Assembly: GCA_050745565.1 (NCBI GenBank)
Contig: JBOGKJ010000362.1
Span: 1 to 58,743, forward strand
Direction: 5' to 3'
Source of the DNA: Terriglobales bacterium
GTDB taxonomy: Bacteria; Acidobacteriota; Terriglobia; Terriglobales; SCQP01
Length of the DNA stretch: 58,743 bases
The notes under the pieces are model-generated. The model ran no database searches. It was given only the letters and a program-made list of their open reading frames with translations, and was not told where the DNA came from. Positions 36,563 through 45,071 of the stretch are shown one piece after another. Position 1 is the first letter of the stretch, and every line of letters begins with the position of its first letter. The translations under genes and the position numbers were made by a program.

Positions 36563-39088
36563 CTATTCGGCCCGAAGGGCGGCCAGCGGGTCGGCGCGGG
36601 CAGCGCGGCGGGCGGGGAACCAGGCGGCGGCCAGGGCGGCGACGACCAGCAGCGCGGCAACGGCGGCGAGCGTGGCGGGGTCGGCGGGGCGGACGCCGAA
36701 CAGCTCGCTCCGCAGCCCGCGCGTGAGCGCCCAAGCGCCGGCGAGCCCCAGGGCGAGGCCGGCGGCGGCGAGCGCGGCGGCGAGTCGCAGCATCATGTCG
36801 AGGACTTGGCCGGGGCGGGCGCCGAGCGCCAGCCGGATGCCGACTTCGCGCGTGCGGCGCGTGACCTCCTGCGCCAGCAGGGCATAGAGGCCAAGGGCGG
36901 CGAGCAGCAGCGCGAGCGCGGCAAACAGACCCGCGAGGCGGGCCAGCAGGCGCTCGCGGAACAGGAGCCGGGCGATGGTCTGGCGCTGGGTGGTGACGTC
37001 CGTGAGTGGCAGGTTGAGGTCAATGTGCCCGACGGTGCGGCGGACAGCCGCGAGCAGGGCGAGCGGGGGACCGGCGGTGCGCAACTGGAAGTTGGCGTAG
37101 CTGTGGTTCGAGGGAGTGTAGAACATGGGCTCGAACGCGGTGCGCAAGTTCTGGTTTTTGGCGTTGGCGACGACGCCGATGATCACATAGTGGGCGTACG
37201 CGTTGCCGAAAGATTGTCCGAGCGGGTTGGCGGCGGGGTAATAGGCGCGCGCGAAGGCCTGGTTGACGATAGCCGCGGTGGGCGGGCCGCTGGCGAGTGG
37301 CGGGCCGGCGGGCGTGCGGGGTCGGGCGGGGTGGAAGTCGTCCGGCTGAAAACTGCGGCCCAGCAGCAGCGGGATGCGGAGGGTGGTGAAAAAGGCCGGC
37401 CCCACCGACATGGCCAGGGGCGCGGCATGGCGGGCGCCGATGGTGACCGGCTCCTTGCTCCAAGTGTTGCTCAGGAAGGAATTGTCGCCGTAGGTCACAT
37501 TTTCAACGCCGGGCAGGGCGCCCAGGCGGCGCCGCATGCGGGCATAGAGGTCGAGCGTCGCCTGGCCCTGATAGCCGGCGGCGGAGGCATCGATGTCGAA
37601 CTGCAGCAGGTTGTGGGCGTCGAAGCCGGCGGGGATGGATTCCAGGTTGGTGAGCGTACGCAGGAGCAGGCCGGCGCCGGCGAGCACGACCAGCGCCAGT
37701 GCCAGTTGAACGACCACGAGAGCGTTGCCGGCATGGAGCCAGCGCCAGCGGCGGGTGGGGAAGATGGCCGCAGGCGAATCGCGCTTGAGGGCAGTGGCGA
37801 GGTCGGTGCGGCCGGCCGCGAGCGCGGGGGCCAGCCCGGCGACGAGACCGGTGAGCAGCGTGGCGGCGGCGGTGAAGGCGAGCACGCGGCCATCGAGCGC
37901 GAGCGGCAGCGCGGGCGGATGCAGAGCGCCGGAAAGCAGGAAAGCACGCAGCGCGCGCGCGGCGCCGAGCGCGAGGGCAAGACCGGCGGCGCCGCCCAGG
38001 GCGGCGAGCAGCAGGCTCTCGCCCAACAGATCGCCGAGCAGGCGGGGGCGGGAGGCGCCGAGCGCGCGGCGCAGCGCCAGCTCGCGCCCCCGGCGCTGGG
38101 CGCGCGCCAGCAGTAGGCCGGCGACGTTGGCGCAGGCCAGCAGCAGGATGGCGCCGGAAACCCACAGCAGCAGCTCGAGTGACGGCGCGTACTTGGTGCG
38201 CGAGCCGGCAAGGCCGGTCTGGGCCGGGAGCAGGGCGACGGCGGGCTGATCCTGGGCGCTCGAAAGTGGCGGCGAGGCGGCGAGCATGGCGGCGCGCCAG
38301 CGGGCACTGACCTCAGCCTGCGCCCGGGCGGGCATGACGCCCGGGCGCAATCGGCCGAACAGCACCAGATAGGCGCCGCGTGGTCCGCCCGACATGTTGG
38401 GATCTACGTTGATCATCGTGGCCAGCGTGGTCCAGCCATCCAGGATGCTGCCGGGCGTGATGCCGCCGAAGTTTTTTGGCGCCACGCCCACGATCGTCAC
38501 CGGCTTTCTGTTGAGGGTGACCGTGGCGCCAATCGCGTCCGGCGAGCCGCCAAACGCGCGCTGCCACAGGTTCCAACTGAGCACCAGCGTGAGCGGGGCC
38601 GAGGGGCGGTCATCGGCCGGGGCGAACAGTCGCCCGGCGGCGGGCCGCACGCCCAGCATTTGAAAGTAGTTCCCCGCCACCCCACGGGTGTAGATCTCGC
38701 TTGCAGTCCCATGGCCGCCGAGCGTGTAGTTGTCTGTGCCGCTGAGCGCGGTCACGCCCGCCAGAGCGCCCGGCTGCGCCTGGAGGGAGCGGAAGAAGGG
38801 CTCGGTGAAACTGCAGCCCGAGAACTGCCCGCCGCCTGCGTCGCCGCAGTCGCCATACGAGGCCGCGCCGCTGAATTTGGGGAAGCTGCGCGCGCTCCAG
38901 CGCAGCACCACGAGGCTTCCGGGGTCGCCGACCGGGAGCGGCCGCAGCAGCAAGCTGTCGAGCAGGCTGAAGATGGCGGTGTTGGCGCCGATGGTCAACG
39001 CCATGGTGACCACCACCACCGCGCACACGCCGGGCTGGCGGCGGAGCACGCGCCTGGCGGCGGCGAACAGGGATGCGGACAATGCCAT
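36563..39088 (-). CDS. ADOP-family duplicated orphan permease
   Basis: The start MALSASLFAAARRVLRRQPGVCAVVVVTMALTIGANTAIFSLLDSLLLRPLPV was located by hand (ATG at 39088). Ends ARRAARADPLAALRAE. The 1343-aa ORF in the track is a read-through artefact. Confidence 0.85.
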   Translation of the reverse strand: MALSASLFAAARRVLRRQPGVCAVVVVTMALTIGANTAIFSLLDSLLLRPLPVGDPGSLVVLRWSARSFPKFSGAASYGDCGDAGGGQFSGCSFTEPFFRSLQAQPGALAGVTALSGTDNYTLGGHGTASEIYTRGVAGNYFQMLGVRPAAGRLFAPADDRPSAPLTLVLSWNLWQRAFGGSPDAIGATVTLNRKPVTIVGVAPKNFGGITPGSILDGWTTLATMINVDPNMSGGPRGAYLVLFGRLRPGVMPARAQAEVSARWRAAMLAASPPLSSAQDQPAVALLPAQTGLAGSRTKYAPSLELLLWVSGAILLLACANVAGLLLARAQRRGRELALRRALGASRPRLLGDLLGESLLLAALGGAAGLALALGAARALRAFLLSGALHPPALPLALDGRVLAFTAAATLLTGLVAGLAPALAAGRTDLATALKRDSPAAIFPTRRWRWLHAGNALVVVQLALALVVLAGAGLLLRTLTNLESIPAGFDAHNLLQFDIDASAAGYQGQATLDLYARMRRRLGALPGVENVTYGDNSFLSNTWSKEPVTIGARHAAPLAMSVGPAFFTTLRIPLLLGRSFQPDDFHPARPRTPAGPPLASGPPTAAIVNQAFARAYYPAANPLGQSFGNAYAHYVIIGVVANAKNQNLRTAFEPMFYTPSNHSYANFQLRTAGPPLALLAAVRRTVGHIDLNLPLTDVTTQRQTIARLLFRERLLARLAGLFAALALLLAALGLYALLAQEVTRRTREVGIRLALGARPGQVLDMMLRLAAALAAAGLALGLAGAWALTRGLRSELFGVRPADPATLAAVAALLVVAALAAAWFPARRAARADPLAALRAE

Positions 39089-39125
39089 ATCTATATAACC
39101 CGCGGCTGAGCCCGCTCGTGGCAAA

Positions 39126-39157
39126 TTGTTGGCGTGGGCCTCAGCGCGGCTTCGCGG
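39126..39157 (+). repeat. Module D, copy D1
   Basis: TTGTTGGCGTGGGCCTCAGCGCGGCTTCGCGG matches 57181-57210. Confidence 0.75.
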
Positions 39158-39216
39158 TGGGCGGACCGCTGGCGGGCGGCCGGCCGGCGGGCGTGCGGGG
39201 ACGGGCGGGCGCAGCG

Positions 39217-39362
39217 GCACGGTCGCCCTTCTCAGGACGCCCTCCCGATGCTCCCACCCCAAGGCGCAAGCACCTTGGGGGCCCGGGGGGTCGGGCTGCG
39301 GCCGGAATTCGCTTGGCGGCAACGCGCGCCCGCTCGGCTCAGGGCGCGTCCAAGTTGCCTTG
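39217..39362 (+). repeat. Module A, copy A6 (short 3' variant)
   Basis: Full copy between two - strand genes. The core has one change (CGCTCGGCTC). It lies in frame inside the artefactual 1343-aa ORF. Confidence 0.9.
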
Positions 39363-39432
39363 CGGCGAGGCGCCCCACCCAGCGCCAACTGCCAGCCCAG
39401 CGCCCCTGGGGCTCGCGCTTTGCGGACGCGCC

Positions 39433-40344
39433 TCAGCGCAGCAGTTGCACCGCGGCCAGCGCGCCGGCGCCAATGGCGAGCCAGAGCAGCAACGCCAGCA
39501 GCAGCGGGCGCACGCCCAGGCTGCGCAACGTATGGCGCGAGAGCCCGGCGCCGATGAGAAACAGTGTGAAGGTGAAGCCCAGCACCGCCAGCCGCGACAG
39601 CCACGGCCCCAGCGCGGCCAGCGGCGCCACCAGGGTGCGCGCCAGCGAGGCCAGCAGAAACAGGGCGATAAACCAGGGCACTTGCACCTTGGCGCGGGAG
39701 CCGGTCTTCCAGCCCGCGATGATCGCCACCGGCACGATCCAGAGGGCGCGGGAGAGCTTGACGGCGGTGGCGGTCTGCAGCGCCACCAGTCCATACTCGG
39801 AGGCGGCGCCGACCACGGACGAGATGTCGTGGATGGCCATGCCGGCCCAGGTGCCGAACTGCACCTGAGTAAGCGCGAGGTGGTGGCCCAGGCGCGGGAA
39901 CAGATACAGTGCCACCGCGTTGAGCAGGAACACCACCCCCATCGCCAGGCTCATCTCGGCCTCCGGCGCCTCCACCACGGCGGAGACGGCGGCGATGGCG
40001 GAGCCGCCGCAGATGGCGGTGCCGGCCGCGATCAGCGTCGCCAACCGGCCGGGGATGCGGAGCCAGCGCGCCAGCGCCGCCGCCAGCAGAAAGGTGCCCG
40101 AAATGGTCAGCAGCGCCAGCCCCAGGCCGCGCTCGCCCGCCCGCGCCACCGCCCCGAGGTCCATGCCGAAGCCCAGCAGCACGACGCTCACCTGCAGCAG
40201 CAGCCGCGCCGCCGGCCGGGTGCGGCGGGCGAAGGGATTGCCCACGGCCAGCGCCAGCGCGATGCCGAGCGCCAGGGCGAGGCCGGGCGTCGCCCAGGGC
40301 GAGAGGCAAAACGCCGCCGCCAGCAGATAGAGCAGGGTCACCCA
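39433..40344 (-). CDS. YeiH/UPF0324-family membrane protein (putative sulfate exporter family)
   Basis: Ten or more TM helices with motifs AAGTAICGGSAIAA and GTWAGMAIHDISSVVGA. Divergent from a LysR gene, as in the yeiE-yeiH pair. Start preferred at MWVTLLYLL. Confidence 0.8.
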   Translation of the reverse strand, partial: WVTLLYLLAAAFCLSPWATPGLALALGIALALAVGNPFARRTRPAARLLLQVSVVLLGFGMDLGAVARAGERGLGLALLTISGTFLLAAALARWLRIPGRLATLIAAGTAICGGSAIAAVSAVVEAPEAEMSLAMGVVFLLNAVALYLFPRLGHHLALTQVQFGTWAGMAIHDISSVVGAASEYGLVALQTATAVKLSRALWIVPVAIIAGWKTGSRAKVQVPWFIALFLLASLARTLVAPLAALGPWLSRLAVLGFTFTLFLIGAGLSRHTLRSLGVRPLLLALLLWLAIGAGALAAVQLLR

Positions 40345-40383
40345 CATGCTCTTCAGGATCGGGGGCGGCGGGACAGAACTCCA

Positions 40384-40420
40384 ATATATAATTACATTGG
40401 CTGCCATACATTTTATATAT
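40384..40420. promoter_or_regulatory. AT-rich divergent control region with an inverted repeat between the yeiH-like and lysR genes
   Basis: ATATATAA (40384-40391) and TTATATAT (40413-40420) are inverted. The region contains T-N11-A type sequences expected for LysR boxes. There is no SD before the lysR ATG. Confidence 0.45.
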
Positions 40421-41303
40421 GTTGAATCTGCACCACGTGCGGCTGTTCGCCGCCGCCGCCGAACATGGCAATGTGAGCGCCGCGGCGGCGCGCCTGCGCC
40501 TGAGCCAGCCGGCGCTTTCCAAACAGGTGCAGGAACTGGAGGCGGCGCTGGGGGTGCGGCTGCTCGAGCGCCTGCCGCGCGGCGTGCGGCCCACGGCGGC
40601 GGGCGAGCTGCTGGCCGGCTACGCCCGGCAGATCGGGGCGCTGGCGGAGGAGGCCGAGGGGGCGCTGGCCGACCTACGCGGCCTGCGGCGGGGCCGGCTG
40701 CGGCTGGGGGCCAGCATGACTATCGGCGTCTATCTGCTGCCGCGGCTGGTGGCCGGGGCGCGCCAACGCTGGCCCGGTCTCGATATTGACTGCGAGATCG
40801 GCAACACCGACGCGGTGCAGCGGGGCCTGGTGGAGCGCCGGCTTGATCTGGGCCTGGTCGAGGGTCCGGGGCCGCGGGAGGAGCAACTGGCCAGCCGCAC
40901 GTTCCAGCGCGACGCGATGATCGTGGTGGCCTCGCCCGCGCTGCGGCCGTGGCCGCGCAGCCTGGCGCAGTTGGCGGCCGCGCCCTGGGTGATGCGCGAG
41001 CCGGGCTCGGGCACGCGCGCCGTGGCCGAGCGCGCGCTGGCGCGGCTGGGGGTGCGCCTCCACCCCGCCTGGACGTTCAACAACCCCGAGGCCATTCAGC
41101 AGGCCGTGCTCGCCGGTTTGGGGGTGGCGCTGATGCCGCAGGTGGCGGTGGCCTCGGCCCTCGCCGAGGGGCGCCTGCGCCAGGTGCCGGTGCCGGGCCT
41201 CACGCTCCGCCGCCCCCTGCGGGCGCAATGGCTGCGCCCACGGCCGCTGACTCCGGCCGCGGCCGCATTTCTGGCCAGCCTGCACCCCGCCGCCGGCGCG
41301 TGA
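40419..41303 (+). CDS. LysR-family transcriptional regulator
   Basis: N-terminal HTH LHHVRLFAAAAEHGNVSAAAARLRLSQPALSKQVQELE plus a LysR substrate-binding domain. Confidence 0.9.
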   Translation: MLNLHHVRLFAAAAEHGNVSAAAARLRLSQPALSKQVQELEAALGVRLLERLPRGVRPTAAGELLAGYARQIGALAEEAEGALADLRGLRRGRLRLGASMTIGVYLLPRLVAGARQRWPGLDIDCEIGNTDAVQRGLVERRLDLGLVEGPGPREEQLASRTFQRDAMIVVASPALRPWPRSLAQLAAAPWVMREPGSGTRAVAERALARLGVRLHPAWTFNNPEAIQQAVLAGLGVALMPQVAVASALAEGRLRQVPVPGLTLRRPLRAQWLRPRPLTPAAAAFLASLHPAAGA

Positions 41304-41333
41304 CGAGAGCGCGGGAGCGCCGGCTGCGGTTCG

Positions 41334-41482
41334 CGGCGCGGCCGCCCTATTCTGGACGCCCTCCCGTTGCTCCCACCCCAAGGCGCACGCGCCCTGGGGG
41401 CCCCAGGGGTCGGGCTGCGGCCAAAATTCGCTGGGCGGCAACGCGCGCCCGCTCTGCTCAGGGCGCGTCCAGGTTGCCTCGT
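41334..41482 (+). repeat. Module A, copy A7 (short 3' variant)
   Basis: GGCGCGGCCGCCCTATTCTGGACGCCCTCCCGTTGCTCCCACCCCAAGGCGCACGCGCCCTGGGGG..., core CTGGGCGGCAACGCGCGCCCGCTCTGCTC. The flanking genes are convergent. Confidence 0.9.
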
Positions 41483-41483
41483 A

Positions 41484-41590
41484 TGGACGGGCGCGGGCCT
41501 CTGCCCGTGCTCGGCTGAGACGCTCGCACCGCCGTGCCCGCACTCGAAGGGCTGTGGAGCGCCGGCCCGGGGCCCGGCGAGCCCAAGCCG
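41484..41590 (+). repeat. Module B-prime, copy B'4
   Basis: GGACGGGCGCGGGCCTCTGCCCGTGCTCGGCTGAGACGCTCGCACCGCCGTGCCCGCACTCGAAGGGCTGTGGAGCGCCGGCCCGGGGCCCGGCGAGCCCAAGCCG. Confidence 0.9.
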
Positions 41591-41640
41591 ACCCCCTGAC
41601 CGCGCTCCGCGGCGAGTGCAGCCATGCACGCCGCGGCGAC

Positions 41641-42162
41641 CTACGGCAGCAGTTTGGTGGCGTGGGCCGCCACGGTCTGAAGATGCCGGACTCGCCAGGC
41701 GTTCCAGACTGCCTCGCCCCATGCCCGTACCAGGCGCTGGCGTTCGGAGGCACTGGCGGCGGCAGCGACATCGGCGATGGTCAGCGTGCCCGCAAAGGAC
41801 GGGGGCTCGAGCCGTTGGAATCCGGCAACCCGACAGGCGTCTTCGACGATTCGTTTGAGGGCCGCGGTTGCGTGTGTGGCTGCCAGGCCCTTTTCGTACA
41901 CCAGATACAGGCCGACAAGGTGGCTGTTCACCGACTGGATGGCGCGTCGTTCCGGCTTGCCGGGGTGCTGGCATGCGTAGGCATCCACGATGGTTTGGTG
42001 GAGGCCGGGATCGCGGTGGTCGGGCGCGTACTGGTTCGCGAGCACTTGTCCGTACAAGCTCCAGCAGCCCGGCGACGAAGTCATATATGGATGGATGGGC
42101 CCGTCAATGTCGGGAGCGAGCGCGCCGCAGGAAAAACAAGGCTTCTGGCGATCCATGGTCAC
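41641..42162 (-). CDS. Conserved hypothetical protein (resembles DUF5946), last gene of the efflux operon
   Basis: 173 aa with an N-terminal CFSCG motif and protein-like composition. Starts 11 nt after the emrB-like stop. The family assignment is from memory only. Confidence 0.5.
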   Translation of the reverse strand: MTMDRQKPCFSCGALAPDIDGPIHPYMTSSPGCWSLYGQVLANQYAPDHRDPGLHQTIVDAYACQHPGKPERRAIQSVNSHLVGLYLVYEKGLAATHATAALKRIVEDACRVAGFQRLEPPSFAGTLTIADVAAAASASERQRLVRAWGEAVWNAWRVRHLQTVAAHATKLLP

Positions 42163-42173
42163 GGCAACCTGGA

Positions 42174-43733
42174 TTAGTGGGCGGAGATGGCCTTGGTGGA
42201 TTTGGGCCGTTTCATCAGCAGCACCAGCGGGGTCATCAGCAAAAAGACCACCGCCAATACCCAGAAGGCCTCGACGTAGCTGAGCAGCGCCGCTTGCTGC
42301 TGGACCATTCCGTAGACGGCGCCCAGCGCCTGGCGCCCGGCGGTCGCCGCATCCACGCCGCGGGCGATCAGCATCGCCTTAAAGCCGGCCAGCATATGCC
42401 GCAGGGTGGGATTGGCGGCGCTGACGTTGGCGACGAGGCGGTTCTGGTGGAACTGGCTGCGGCGCACCACCAGGGTGGTCACCGAGCTGATGCCGGCGCC
42501 GGCGCCGAGATTGCGCATGAGGTTGAACAGGCTGGTGGCGTTGCCCATCTCGCTGTTGGGCACCGGGTCCATGGTGACCGTAGTCAAGGGGACAAAAATG
42601 AACGCCAGGCCGGCGCCCTGGATGATTTGCGGCCAGAAAAAACCCCAGGGTCCGGTGTTGAGATCGAAATGGGAGAAGGCCCAGAGGCTATAGGCGCCGG
42701 TGAGCAGGCCGAGGCCCAGCAGGATGCGCGGGTCCCATTTGCGCGAGAGCAGGATGCCGGTGATGGGCATGAAAATGAGCGCACCGATGCCGCGGGGCGC
42801 GGTCCAGATGCCGGCGGCGACGGCGCTGTAGCCGAGCAACACCTGCATGAACAGGGGCAGCAGCACCAGCGCGCCATAGAGCACGAAGCCCAGCAGCGTC
42901 ATTAAAAACACACCGGTGGCGTAGGTGCGGTCCTTGAAGACGCGCAGGTTCACGATGGGATCTTTGATCTTGAGCTCCCAAACGACAAACGCGGTCAGCA
43001 ACGCCATGGCGATGATCGCCAGCGCGACGATGAAGTGGGAGCCGAACCAGTCGGCCTCCTGCCCCTTGTCGAGCATGATCTGCAGGCAGGCGATACCGAC
43101 CGCCATCATGCCCAGACCCCAGCCGTCCACGCGGCCGCCGCGGGGCTTGATGTAGTGCGGGTCCCAGATGAACATCTTGGTCATGATGATGCTGGCGATC
43201 CCGATCGGCAGGTTGATGTAGAACACCCAGCGCCAGGAGAAGGCGTCGGTGAGCCAGCCGCCGAGGGTGGGGCCGAGAATGGGGGCGACCACAATGCCCA
43301 ACCCCCAGAACGCCATCGCCTTGCCGCGATCCTCGGGCGGAAAGCTCTCGAGCAGCACCGCCTGCGAGATCGGCTGGAGCGCGCCGCCAAAGGCGCCCTG
43401 CAGCACACGGAACAGCACCAGCGCCGGCAGCGTGGGGGCGATGCCACACAAGAGGCTGGCGCCGGTGAAGCCGGTGACGGCGGCAATGAGCAGGCGCTTG
43501 CGTCCGAACTGATTGGCGAGCCAGCCGGTGATGGGCAGGATGATGGCGTTGGCAACCAGGTAGCTGGTGAGCACCCAAGTGGCTTCGTCAATGGTGGCCG
43601 AGAGGCTGCCGGCGATGTGCGGCAGGCTGACGTTCACCACCGACGTGTCCAGCACCTCGAGGAAGGTGCTGAGCATCACCGTGATGGCGATGATCCAGGG
43701 ATTGATCAGCGGCCTGCTGTCGTCATTCGCCAT
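42174..43733 (-). CDS. emrB: DHA2-family MFS multidrug efflux permease (EmrB/QacA type, 14 TMS)
   Basis: LDTSVVNVSLPHIAGSL, WLANQFGRKRL and GPTLGGWLTD are hallmark DHA2 motifs. 519 aa. Confidence 0.9.
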   Translation of the reverse strand: MANDDSRPLINPWIIAITVMLSTFLEVLDTSVVNVSLPHIAGSLSATIDEATWVLTSYLVANAIILPITGWLANQFGRKRLLIAAVTGFTGASLLCGIAPTLPALVLFRVLQGAFGGALQPISQAVLLESFPPEDRGKAMAFWGLGIVVAPILGPTLGGWLTDAFSWRWVFYINLPIGIASIIMTKMFIWDPHYIKPRGGRVDGWGLGMMAVGIACLQIMLDKGQEADWFGSHFIVALAIIAMALLTAFVVWELKIKDPIVNLRVFKDRTYATGVFLMTLLGFVLYGALVLLPLFMQVLLGYSAVAAGIWTAPRGIGALIFMPITGILLSRKWDPRILLGLGLLTGAYSLWAFSHFDLNTGPWGFFWPQIIQGAGLAFIFVPLTTVTMDPVPNSEMGNATSLFNLMRNLGAGAGISSVTTLVVRRSQFHQNRLVANVSAANPTLRHMLAGFKAMLIARGVDAATAGRQALGAVYGMVQQQAALLSYVEAFWVLAVVFLLMTPLVLLMKRPKSTKAISAH

Positions 43734-43806
43734 GAACAGGGACTCTTATCGCGGCATGGTCCAGGCTGGGGTTGCCCCGCAACTGCACTGCGCTAGCCGC
43801 TGGCTA

Positions 43807-45060
43807 CTATTTGGTGAAAACGGTGGCCTCGACCGACATGCCGGGGCGCAGCCGGGTTAGGTCCTGGCCGCCGGCGAAAGTGATCTTGACCGGGACGCGC
43901 TGCACCACCTTGACGTAGTTGCCGGTGGCGTTTTCCGGCGGCAGCAGGCTGAAGATGGCGCCGGTGCCGGCGCCGATGGAGTTGATCTGGCCGCGGAGCG
44001 TGGTCCCGAAGGCATCGACGCCGATTTCGGCGGACTGGCCGGTGTGCATGTTCTCGAGCTGGGTTTCTTTGAAATCGGCCACCACCCAGACGTCGTTGAC
44101 CGGGACCACCACCAGGGCGGTTTGACCGGGGGCAAAGTTCTGCCCCAGCTCGACATGCTTGTCGCCGACCTGGCCGTCGCTGGGCGCGGTGACGGTGGTG
44201 TAGTCGAGATTGAGCTGGGCGAGGGCCAGGGCGGCTTCCGCCTGCGCCACCTTGGCTTGGGCCAGCCGCGCCTGCGAACGGCTGACGGAAAGTTGCTGGG
44301 GGGCGGTGGCGGCCTTGCGCTCGTCGGCGGCGGCCTGGGCGACCTTGTCGCGCGCCACCTGGACGTTGGCCTGGGCGCTGGCCACCTGCTGCCCGGCGGC
44401 GGCAGCCCGCGCCTGGGCGGCATCGACGCCGGCGGCGGCGGTTTTGGCCGTGGTGGCGGCCTGGTCGTATTGCAGTTGACTGACCTCCTGCTTGCCCACC
44501 AGTTGGGCATAGCGATGCTCGGTGGTGACGGCGTTTTGGGCGTTGGCCTGCGCCTGATTGACGCTGGCCTGGGCGGCGTTGAGTTGGGCCTGCGCCACCC
44601 CCACCTGCTTTTCCGCCAGGGTCGCGCCCGCCTGCGCCTGGCGCAGCATGGCCTGGGCGGCGGTCAGGGTGCCGGCGCTGGAGACGCTGGTAATGGGGAT
44701 ATTGGTGCTGGCGCTGGCGGCGGCGGCCCGCGCGGCGGCCAGGTTGGCCTGGGACTGCTGGAGCGCGGCCTGGTAGTCGCGCGGATCGAGGCGGAACAGC
44801 ACTTGGCCGGCGCGCACCATCTGGTTGTCGTTCACGTCGACCTCGATGACGGTGCCGGCAACGCGCGGCGCCACCGACTGGACGTGGCCCTGAATCTGGG
44901 CGTCATCGGTGCTCTCACGATTGCGGTAATGCAGATAGAAGGCGATGGCGGCGGCAATCAACACCAGAATGACGATCGCCACTGCCAGGGTGCGTCCGCG
45001 GCGCGAGGGGGCGACAGTGGAGCCTGCAGATTCCGGCGGCGTGGTGGTTTGGGTCGACAT
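43807..45060 (-). CDS. emrA: HlyD/EmrA-family periplasmic adaptor
   Basis: N-terminal TM, TDDAQIQGHV motif, long Ala/Gln coiled coil and a C-terminal beta-barrel (GNYVKVVQRVPVKI). Confidence 0.9.
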   Translation of the reverse strand: MSTQTTTPPESAGSTVAPSRRGRTLAVAIVILVLIAAAIAFYLHYRNRESTDDAQIQGHVQSVAPRVAGTVIEVDVNDNQMVRAGQVLFRLDPRDYQAALQQSQANLAAARAAAASASTNIPITSVSSAGTLTAAQAMLRQAQAGATLAEKQVGVAQAQLNAAQASVNQAQANAQNAVTTEHRYAQLVGKQEVSQLQYDQAATTAKTAAAGVDAAQARAAAAGQQVASAQANVQVARDKVAQAAADERKAATAPQQLSVSRSQARLAQAKVAQAEAALALAQLNLDYTTVTAPSDGQVGDKHVELGQNFAPGQTALVVVPVNDVWVVADFKETQLENMHTGQSAEIGVDAFGTTLRGQINSIGAGTGAIFSLLPPENATGNYVKVVQRVPVKITFAGGQDLTRLRPGMSVEATVFTK

Positions 45061-45071
45061 GATCGTGATCC

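Noticed and set aside
36563-40594. 1343-aa ORF on the - strand in the ORF track
   Set aside because: It is an in-frame read-through of two separate genes (ADOP permease 36563-39088 and the yeiH-like gene 39433-40344, the latter read out of frame) joined by repeat modules D1 and A6. The middle translates to low-complexity Pro/Arg/Gly sequence. The ADOP family N-terminal signature starts exactly at the ATG at 39088.
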